Source: Chloroflexota bacterium (GTDB taxonomy: Bacteria > Chloroflexota > Anaerolineae > JAYEMR01). From it: 59,799 bases of DNA. Below the pieces are notes generated by a model that ran no database searches, was not told where the DNA came from, and was given only the letters and a program-made list of their open reading frames with translations. Positions 1 through 6,951 of the stretch are shown piece after piece; within the stretch, counting starts at the first letter, position 1, and each line of letters begins with the position of its first letter. Location: assembly GCA_034718215.1 (NCBI GenBank), contig JAYEMR010000067.1, positions 1-59,799 on the forward strand. The letters run 5' to 3'. The translations under genes were made by a program, and so were the position numbers.

Positions 1-190
1 AACGCACCCTTTTCACATGCCCGCCCGGACATGAAGTGTCCGGGCTACGCAGCAGCGCCCCGTGAACGGGTCTTACCTGTGCCAGGTACTGGTGCCTGTA
101 CCACCTACTTTCCGCAGTTGAATTAGTCATGTGAACGAATTATTGGTATCCTGATGAGAGTGATGAGACGAGTCTCAGAAAGGATACCAT

Positions 191-340
191 GTGACAGAAT
201 ATGCAACCGAGCGATTGGATCATCTGGGTATTGTAGCTGGTGTGTGTCATGAAATTGGGCTTATTGAACAAGTCGATGCGTGTATTGGGCCGACGAAGCG
301 CAAGGTTTCGGTGGGAGAGGCCGTGCAAGCAATGGTGATC
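191..340 (+). mobile_element. IS1634-like (IS4 superfamily) transposase, N-terminal ~50-codon fragment only
   Basis: GTG-started frame reads MTEYATERLDHLGIVAGVCHEIGLIEQVDACIGPTKRKVSVGEAVQAMVIN. This matches the DUF4277-type N-terminus of IS1634-family transposases. Similarity stops near 340, where another domain in another frame takes over. Confidence 0.5.
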
Positions 341-585
341 AACTCCTGGGCTTCAAGTTCCGGCGTCAGCACGCAATTGACCGCTTCATCGTTGACTTTT
401 ACTGCTCCAAGGCCCACTTGGTGGTCGAGGTCGAAGGGCCAATCCATCAGTACACCGAAGAGGAAGATGCCATTCGCCAGGAGTTTCTGGAGAGCCTGGG
501 CTTCCGCGTCCTGCGGTTCACCAACGACGAGGTCAACAACGCTCTCGATAGCGTGACAGAGAGAATCGCTGCCGCTCTGTCGGAA
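338..585 (+). pseudogene. DUF559 (Vsr-like endonuclease fold) domain fragment lacking its N-terminus
   Basis: Part of ORF 280..972: LLGFKFRRQHAIDRFIVDFYCSKAHLVVEVEGPIHQYTEEEDAIRQEFLESLGFRVLRFTNDEV. This is the typical DUF559 core; the usual upstream helix is absent. Confidence 0.55.
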
Positions 586-1131
586 GCAGACCATACTTTC
601 ACCCCTGAGGACATTTTCCACTACGTTTACGCCGTCCTCTACGCGGATCACTACCGCGAGAAGTACGCCGATTTCCTCAAGATAGACTTCCCACGCATCC
701 CTTTCACCGCCGACCTCGAGCTTTTTCAACTTCTTGCCGCGCTGGGCAAACATCTGGTGGACCTCCATCTCCTGCAGTCAGAAGAACTGGACCCGCCGGC
801 GGCCCGCTTCCAGGGCCAGGGAGACAACCGCGTCGCTCGCACCAAAAGAAAGGGCTTCCGCTACGAACCCAAAGAGGAGCGCGTTTACGTCAACAAAACC
901 CAGCACTTCGAGCCGGTTCCCCTGGAGCTGTGGGAGTACCAAATCGACGGCTATCAGGTGCTGAGAAAGTAGCTCAAGGATCGCCGGGAACGGCAACTTG
1001 ATCTAGAAGAGATCAAAACCTACTGCCGTATGGTGACAGCCATTCAGCGCAACATCGCCTTGCAGGAGGAGATTGACGCCCTGTATCCAGAGGCCGAGAT
1101 GCAGATTATCGAAATAGTTGGTGGGATATGA
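586..1131 (+). pseudogene. C-terminal remnant of a type ISP / type IIG restriction-modification enzyme, with an in-frame TAG
   Basis: FTPEDIFHYVYAVLYADHYREKYADFLKIDFPRIPF...WEYQIDGYQVLRK[TAG 970-972]LKDRRERQLDLEEIKTYCRMV. The same frame continues to a TGA at 1129-1131. Homologues have Trp (TGG) at the TAG position. No methylase or helicase part lies upstream. Confidence 0.55.
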
Positions 1132-1243
1132 CCTGTCATCGGAGGGAATGCGGCGGACTTTAGTTCGGCTCGGTAAAATCAGGCATGGTTCACAAAGGCC
1201 TCGTTTTCACGTCCATCACCTCACTGACAACCTCAACGCTTTA

Positions 1244-3058
1244 TCAACCCCTTTCCGCACCTATGCGGGCTAACTCCTCCTCTACGATTGATTCCTTCAG
1301 CTTCTTGAAGAGAGGTTGGGGACGCTGGAGGACCTGGCCAGGAGGCAGCTCACTGGGAGCCCATCTGCCCGTGGCGCCCATATGGTCGTAGCACAGCGCC
1401 CTGTGATGGCGGTCTTCATCCGTGAGCTCTCGGATGATGGGCTCGCCCAGGATCCGCCCCTCGTAGCCCAGGTACTCGTGGAGCCGCTGGCTGGAGAAGG
1501 GCAGGAAGGGTGCGAAGAGCACTTTCAGCGAATCTATGGCCCGCAGAGCCACATACAGGGTGGTAGCCGCCGCTTTGCGATCCTCCTTAATCTGGAACCA
1601 GGGCGCTTTCTCCTCCAGGTAGCGGTTCACCTCCCGGGCCAGGGCCATCACCTCTCCCAGCCCATCTCGGAATTGACAGCGATCTATCCGCTCCCCGATG
1701 GACTCGCCTGTCTGCCCGTGCCTGATCGGGTACAGGTGTGCAGGCAGGAAAGCCCCCTCGATCTGGGAGAGCAGCTCCCGGTCTCTATCATCTAACCCAT
1801 CCGGCTTCGGCACCCGCTGATCGAAGCGGCGATAGGCAAAGGTCAGCACCCGGTGGACTAGATTGCCCCAAGTAGCTACCAACTCATTATTGTTGCGGTG
1901 CAGAAATCCCTCCCAGGTGAAATCGGTGTCCCGGGTTTCAGGGGCGGCTGCCGTCAGGTAGTAGCGGATAGGATCGGGATCGTAGCGGGCGAGGATGTCA
2001 TCCAGCCACACCGCCCAGTTGCGGCTGCCGGAGATCTTCCGACCCTCCAGGTTCATAAACTCGTTGGATGGCACATCGTAGGGCAGATTGAGGCTCTTTC
2101 CTGGATCGTCCTCGTACAACTGGCCGACCCCCATCAGGATGGCTGGCCAGATGATGGTGTGGAAGGGGATGTTGTCCTTGGCGATGAAATAAAAACTGCG
2201 GGTGGGCTCGTACCACCACTCCTTCCACTTTTCGGGCTGGCCGATATTCGAGGCCCATTCGATGGAGGCGGAGAGGTAGCCGATCACCGCCTCGAACCAC
2301 ACGTAGATGACCTTGTCCTCGAAACCTGATACAGGGACAGGTACGCCCCACTCCATGTCCCGAGTGACGGCCCGCGCCTCCAAGCCATCGCGCAGGTAGT
2401 TTCGGGTGAAGTTCACCACATTGGGCCGCCAATGTGCCTTCGTCTCCACCCACTCCAGCAGCCGATCCTCAAACTGAGGTAGATCGAGGAAAAGGTGCTC
2501 TGTCTTTCTGAGGACCGGGGTCTGACCACACAGCTTGCAGACGGGGTTGATCAGCTCGGTGGCGTCCAGGGGATGTCCGCAAACCTCACATTGATCCCCT
2601 CGGACATTGGGGTTTCCACAAAAGGGACAGGTGCCTGTCACGTAGCGATCGGGCAGGAACATCTGATCTCGCTTGCAGTAGAGCTGCTCCACCTCCTCAC
2701 GGAAGAGATAGCCCTCATCCAGCAGTTTGATGAGGATGTCCTGGGAGATCCGGCGGTGATTTTCGGTGTCAGTGTGAGTGAATAGATCGTAGCTCAGTCC
2801 CAGCTCTTGGAAGTATCTCAGGAAATGCTCATGATGCTCTTGGAACACTCGATGAGGGGACTCCCCCTCCTCAGCAGCCTTTATCGCCACCGGAGTGCCG
2901 TGGCTGTCGGAGCCGGAGACCATGAGCACCTCGTTGCCCTTCAGCCGGTGATAGCGAGCTAGGATATCGGGCGGCAGATCTGCCCCGGCGATATTCCCAA
3001 TGTGCAATTTAGATGAAGCGTAGGGCCAGGCTACGCAGACCAAGATCTTCTCCCCCAT
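1244..3058 (-). CDS. metG: methionyl-tRNA synthetase
   Basis: 604-aa ORF with class I signature (WPYASSKLHIGN), Zn knuckles (CPFCG..CEVCG, C..CG), a KMSKS-like loop (KISGSR) and an anticodon-binding domain (NRYLEEKAPW). Confidence 0.95.
   Translation of the reverse strand: MGEKILVCVAWPYASSKLHIGNIAGADLPPDILARYHRLKGNEVLMVSGSDSHGTPVAIKAAEEGESPHRVFQEHHEHFLRYFQELGLSYDLFTHTDTENHRRISQDILIKLLDEGYLFREEVEQLYCKRDQMFLPDRYVTGTCPFCGNPNVRGDQCEVCGHPLDATELINPVCKLCGQTPVLRKTEHLFLDLPQFEDRLLEWVETKAHWRPNVVNFTRNYLRDGLEARAVTRDMEWGVPVPVSGFEDKVIYVWFEAVIGYLSASIEWASNIGQPEKWKEWWYEPTRSFYFIAKDNIPFHTIIWPAILMGVGQLYEDDPGKSLNLPYDVPSNEFMNLEGRKISGSRNWAVWLDDILARYDPDPIRYYLTAAAPETRDTDFTWEGFLHRNNNELVATWGNLVHRVLTFAYRRFDQRVPKPDGLDDRDRELLSQIEGAFLPAHLYPIRHGQTGESIGERIDRCQFRDGLGEVMALAREVNRYLEEKAPWFQIKEDRKAAATTLYVALRAIDSLKVLFAPFLPFSSQRLHEYLGYEGRILGEPIIRELTDEDRHHRALCYDHMGATGRWAPSELPPGQVLQRPQPLFKKLKESIVEEELARIGAERG
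1707..1748. repeat. 42-nt composite palindromic repeat inside metG, in frame
   Basis: cctgtctgcccgtgcctgatcgggtacaggtgtgcaggcagg. The outer arms CCTGTCTGC/GCAGGCAGG enclose a GATC-centred core. It is translated as LPAHLYPIRHGQTG. Confidence 0.8.
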
Positions 3059-3084
3059 GCTTCTCCCCTCCCATTATTAGAACT

Positions 3085-3176
3085 GGGTGCGTTTCAAACA
3101 GGTTGGTAGAGGTGGGCCTTGCGCCCACCCTAGGCACCCGCAAGGGATGCCTCTACAACCCAAATGAAGTACACCC
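3085..3176. repeat. 92-nt structured repeat, copy 1 (about 90% identical to 31651-31742)
   Basis: By-eye alignment gives 9 differences in 92 nt. Closing stem GGTAGAGG/CCTCTAC, hairpin GGTGGGC-cttgc-GCCCACC, hairpin GGCACCC-GCAA-GGG(A)TGCC, termini GGGTG...CACCC. It lies 26 nt upstream of the metG ATG, antisense to it. Confidence 0.85.
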
Positions 3177-3209
3177 ATTAGAATTTAATGTGACGTGATC
3201 AGGATGGTT

Positions 3210-3234
3210 CACCTGTACCCATAGGTGCGGGCAC
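3210..3234. repeat. degenerate copy of the 27-nt palindromic core
   Basis: cacctgtacccataggtgcgggcac, compared with the core cacctgtacccgatcaggtgcgggcac. Confidence 0.7.
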
Positions 3235-3340
3235 AAATAGTTTGACACTTCATCCCCCCTGTCCCCCTTCTCTCTCCTAGCATTGGGTTAGAGAAGAGGC
3301 TGGGGGATAGGTGAGGGCCAAGTTAGCAATATCCTACGTG

Positions 3341-3368
3341 ATTTTACCACAATTAGATGATAGAGCAA
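3341..3368 (-). promoter_or_regulatory. candidate sigma-70-type promoter for metG
   Basis: Minus strand reads TTGCTC-16 nt-(TGg)TAAAAT. This would give a 5' UTR of about 280 nt carrying both repeat types. Confidence 0.35.
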
Positions 3369-3407
3369 GGAGCTTGGATTCTACCCAGACGTTCTGAAAG
3401 CCTCGTT

Positions 3408-3497
3408 GCCCGCACCTGATCGCTCGTGCCTGCCCACACCTGATTGGGCACAGGTGATCGGCTGCAGGCGGGCAGGGGACAGGACCCGATCACCTGC
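3408..3497. repeat. cluster of GATC-centred palindromic repeat units
   Basis: gcccgcacctgatcg...cacacctgattgggcacaggtgatcgg...gacccgatcacctgc. It is intergenic, between the metG upstream region and the end of the solute-binding protein gene. Confidence 0.75.
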
Positions 3498-3499
3498 TA

Positions 3500-4312
3500 T
3501 TAGTCAGGGGCTTCCTGGAGCCACTTCTCCCTCAGCCGAGTGAGAGTGGAATCGGCACGAAATTCTGCCAGGGACCCGTTGATGGCCTCCAGAAACTTAG
3601 GACTGTTCGGAGGAACCAGGATGACGTAGGGTTCGTCGGTGATCTTCTCCTGGGCGATGCGGAGCGAGGGATCGTGCTGGGTGGCCTGGTAGGCGGAGAC
3701 CGAATCCACCAATGCTCCGTCGGCCTCGCCCCGCCGCACGGCGTCCAGTGCCTCGCCGGGCGTGGCGTAGGGGGCCAGGGATAGATCGCCCAGCCGCTTC
3801 TGCAGCTCCCGCCCCTTCACGTCGCCCGCGCCGCCCCACTCCACGGCCAGGGTGCGATCCTGCAGATCCTCAATGGTGGCGATGTCTGCTTCACCGGCCC
3901 TCACTACTAGCATCAGCCCCGCCTGAAAGTAGGGTATGGAGAAGCTCACGTCACGGGTCAGGAGGGGATCGTAGGGGAAGGCGGAGATGACGCAGTCGAA
4001 GCGGCCCATCTTCAGCGCGGGGTACAGGCCGTCGAAGCCAGCGTTGATCAGCTCCACCTCCACGCCCAGCTTCTCCCCGATGAGCATGGCTAGGTCCACG
4101 TCGTAGCCCAAGATCTCCCCCGTCTCCTGATCAACGTACTCGAAGGGGGGATAGCTGGCGTCCAATCCTACTCGCAGCACGCCGGAGCGCTGCACCCGTT
4201 GCCAGACCTCGTCCACCGGGGGCCGCCGTCCCCGCCACAGGAGCCAACCGCCCAGCAGTCCGGCCAGGAGGATCGCCGCCAGCGCCCAGGGCCACCTGCG
4301 CCCTCTCACCAC
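3500..4312 (-). CDS. family-3 solute-binding protein (amino-acid ABC type) with N-terminal membrane anchor
   Basis: SBP_bac_3-like sequence (RVGLDASYPPFEYVD...GYDVDLA...FDGLYPALKMGRFDCVIS) with a hydrophobic N-terminus. Its start overlaps the stop of the upstream radical SAM gene. Confidence 0.8.
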   Translation of the reverse strand: MVRGRRWPWALAAILLAGLLGGWLLWRGRRPPVDEVWQRVQRSGVLRVGLDASYPPFEYVDQETGEILGYDVDLAMLIGEKLGVEVELINAGFDGLYPALKMGRFDCVISAFPYDPLLTRDVSFSIPYFQAGLMLVVRAGEADIATIEDLQDRTLAVEWGGAGDVKGRELQKRLGDLSLAPYATPGEALDAVRRGEADGALVDSVSAYQATQHDPSLRIAQEKITDEPYVILVPPNSPKFLEAINGSLAEFRADSTLTRLREKWLQEAPD

Positions 4313-5724
4313 CCCTCCTCTCTCAGCCGGCGCAGGATGTCCCAGAAGGCCCCGCGATACCCCTGCTGGATGGCCTCCACGAGGAGTTCGTTCTCGTTGT
4401 AGTCGTAATCGGCCCCCTCTTCCTCGGCACCGCCGAAGAAGAAGCGCTCGTCATCGCCAACCAGGTCTCCGATGAAGGACAGCGGATCGGGGCCCATATC
4501 CGCCGACAGGTAGAAGATGGGTTCGAGGAGGTCGTCGTTGCCGAGCACCCGGCCGTGGAGGTGCGGATTGCTCGGGTCCACGCCCTGGCGCCGAACCATC
4601 CGAGCCAGCGGCGTGCCGGGATAGATCCGCACCCCCACCGCCACCCCTACCCGCGAGGGATTCACCTCACGCATCAACTCGATGGTCCTCCTCACTGTGT
4701 CCCGCGTCTCGCCGGGGCCGCCCAGCAGCAGATCGTACATGAAGGTGATCCCCTCTCCGCGGCAGATGCGGGCCACCTCCCGCAGGTCCTCGGCGGTGTG
4801 ATAGCGCCCCAGGCGGTGCAGCATCCCATCGTCGCCGCTGTCCACGCCGAAGTCAATCCCCACGCAGCCGGCCCGCCGCATCAGCCGCGCCAGTTGTCGC
4901 GAGAAGGGACGGGGGGCGCAGTAGGCATGCCAGTGCACCCTGTCACCCAGCCCTCGGCGGATCATCTCCTCGCACACCGCCTGAGCGTGATGAGCTGGGA
5001 TGTTGAACTCGCTGTCGCAGGTGTGCAGCCAATCCACCCCCAGCTCCAGCAGTTGCTCGATCTCGTCGGCTACATTGTCCGGCGAGCGGGCGCGGCTCAC
5101 GCGGCCCTTGGCCACCGGGTCGGCGCAGTAGATGCAGTGCCGAGGGCAGCCGCGTTTGGTCTCAATGCCTCCCATGCCCCCTTCGCGCAGATAGCGCCCG
5201 TTGTCAATAGCGCCCCGGCGTGGGAAGGGAAGCTCATCCAGGTCTCGGAAAGCGGGAGGATTTACCACGATCCCCTGATCGGTTCGATAGGCCAGCCCCG
5301 GCACGTCGTCGTACCCCTCGCCGCGCGCCAGTCGGCTGAGCAGCGCCGGTAACGCCCACTCGCCATCGCCCACAATCCCTAGATCCGCGCCGCAGTAGCG
5401 CAGGACGGCCTGAGGCATGATGGAGAACCCCACGCCACCCAGGATCACCGGCCCGGATGTCCACTCCCGGTAGCGGGGCAGGAAGAAGTCCTGGCCGGTG
5501 TAGTAGCAGTCATCGGTGTTGCGGATGAAGAGGCCGACCGCGTCCACGTTGTGATCGTGGAAGTAGGCGTCCAGGGCCGTGTGGACATCATCGGCGAAGC
5601 AGAGGTCCAGCACCTTCACCCCGAACCCCTCGGCCTGCAGCGATGCGGCTAGGTAGTCCAGCCCGATGGGGGCCACGGCGGGTTTCATCTGGTTGGGATT
5701 GATCAGCAGAACTTCAAAGCTCAT
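4306..5724 (-). CDS. B12-binding-domain radical SAM protein
   Basis: N-terminal cobalamin-binding-like domain (VLLINPN...PIGLDYLAASL) and CxxxCxxC motif (GCPRHCIYC). Confidence 0.85.
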   Translation of the reverse strand: MSFEVLLINPNQMKPAVAPIGLDYLAASLQAEGFGVKVLDLCFADDVHTALDAYFHDHNVDAVGLFIRNTDDCYYTGQDFFLPRYREWTSGPVILGGVGFSIMPQAVLRYCGADLGIVGDGEWALPALLSRLARGEGYDDVPGLAYRTDQGIVVNPPAFRDLDELPFPRRGAIDNGRYLREGGMGGIETKRGCPRHCIYCADPVAKGRVSRARSPDNVADEIEQLLELGVDWLHTCDSEFNIPAHHAQAVCEEMIRRGLGDRVHWHAYCAPRPFSRQLARLMRRAGCVGIDFGVDSGDDGMLHRLGRYHTAEDLREVARICRGEGITFMYDLLLGGPGETRDTVRRTIELMREVNPSRVGVAVGVRIYPGTPLARMVRRQGVDPSNPHLHGRVLGNDDLLEPIFYLSADMGPDPLSFIGDLVGDDERFFFGGAEEEGADYDYNENELLVEAIQQGYRGAFWDILRRLREEGW

Positions 5725-5776
5725 CCCAGCGCTCCTCTATGTGAATCTGCAAATATGCGAATTGCGAATCGGTGAA

Positions 5777-6940
5777 CTATTCGCCGATTCGCCCCTGTGA
5801 ATAGTCCTGCACCACCTCGTAGATGAGCTTGGGCTGGAAGTCGGTGGTGACGAAGGTGAAGTAGTCCTGATAGGTGTGCGCCGGACGGGGGTAGCGAAAG
5901 GCCCAGGGGCACAGGGCCCGGCACCAGGGCCACCGCTCCCGGGCCCACTCGTAGGCCCGCACGGTGTAGCGTGCCCGCTGGAGGGGGTGCACGGCCTTCG
6001 TCCAGCGGGGATGATCGTTCCAGCCTCCCTCGGTGATGTAGATATTTTTCGCTTCATCTCCATACTCGACCATGATCTCCCGCAGCAGTTCCACCCGTCG
6101 GAAGTTGATCTTATCAGGAGCCGGCGGGTCCTCCGGGGGGAAGCTCCAGCCGTAGGCGTGGACGGCCAACCCATCGAAGTGGTCGCCGGCCCCGGCCTCG
6201 TACATCCCCCGCAGGTACTCCAGATCGCCCATGGCCTCCGGATCACCTGGGAGGGCTAGCGTGGGCGCCAGCGCCCCGGCCAGGACCTGCACCTGCGGGT
6301 TGGCCTCCTTGGCCCGGGGATAAACCGCAGCTAGCAGCCGTGCGTAGCCGGCCGGATTGGGGGGACGGAAGCCCCACTCCAGGCTGACGTTAGGCTCGTT
6401 CCAGATGATGACATGGTTAACGCGCCCCTCGAAATGGGCCACGAAGGCGGCTACGAAGTCAGCGAAAGCTCCATATTTCGACTCATCCAAGTAGCTCAAA
6501 TTGGTGTCCGATGGACGAGCCCACTGGGGCACGAATCCCAGCCGGGCGATCACCGTCAGCCCCTGAGATCGGGCGTGATCCACAACCAGGTCGGCGTGTC
6601 TCCAATCGAAGCGGCCGGGCGAGGGCTCGCAGTAGGCCCAGGGGAAGTACTCCACGATCCAGGGCGCGCCCATCTCCCGCACCATCTGCAGCGTGCGCCT
6701 GATCTTCCACGGCTCCACCTCGTCGGTCAGCCGGGTGTGGACTCCCATCTTGGAGTTCACGGTCACCACCTCCTTCGGAGGCCCGATGCTCACCAGCACC
6801 TGTGACGATCCGGCGACCAGGGAGATGATTGCCAGCGTAATGGGCAGTAAAATACGGGTTCGAAGACCAGGGTTGCCCGTCTGTCCGCCTGCGCCTGTGG
6901 CGCATGCACAGGCGACGGACAGGCAAGTTACAAGTTGCAA
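5777..6940 (-). CDS. clan GH-A glycoside hydrolase (GH5/GH39-like); start codon uncertain
   Basis: VIIWNEPNVSLEWG, FPWAY, ITEGGW motifs. The first ~22 codons of the ORF are just the translated 48-nt palindrome. An AAGGAGG lies 8 nt before the in-frame GTG at 6760, and an alternative start would retain the ILLPITLAIISLVAG anchor. Confidence 0.6.
   Translation of the reverse strand: MQLVTCLSVACACATGAGGQTGNPGLRTRILLPITLAIISLVAGSSQVLVSIGPPKEVVTVNSKMGVHTRLTDEVEPWKIRRTLQMVREMGAPWIVEYFPWAYCEPSPGRFDWRHADLVVDHARSQGLTVIARLGFVPQWARPSDTNLSYLDESKYGAFADFVAAFVAHFEGRVNHVIIWNEPNVSLEWGFRPPNPAGYARLLAAVYPRAKEANPQVQVLAGALAPTLALPGDPEAMGDLEYLRGMYEAGAGDHFDGLAVHAYGWSFPPEDPPAPDKINFRRVELLREIMVEYGDEAKNIYITEGGWNDHPRWTKAVHPLQRARYTVRAYEWARERWPWCRALCPWAFRYPRPAHTYQDYFTFVTTDFQPKLIYEVVQDYSQGRIGE
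6876..6923. repeat. 48-nt palindromic repeat, family 2, copy 1
   Basis: cccgtctgtccgcctgcgcctgtggcgcatgcacaggcgacggacagg. Its reverse complement is about 90% identical to 11986-12033. Confidence 0.8.
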
Positions 6941-6951
6941 GTTACAAGTTG
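6924..6951. repeat. heptanucleotide tandem repeat (CAAGTTA/CAAGTTG) x4
   Basis: caagttacaagttgcaagttacaagttg. It spans the TAA stop of the upstream gene (6942-6944) and the nominal TTG start of the glycosidase ORF. Confidence 0.8.

Noticed and set aside
145-188. Hammerhead-ribozyme-like core: GGTATCC-CTGATGAG-...-GAAA-GGATACC, just upstream of the transposase fragment.
   Set aside because: The strands flanking CUGAUGA and GAAA pair with each other, forming one closing hairpin, instead of forming separate helices I and III around a cleavage site. Helix II is not a clean stem, and no UH cleavage triplet is in the right topology. It is more likely a 5'-UTR or IS-end hairpin.
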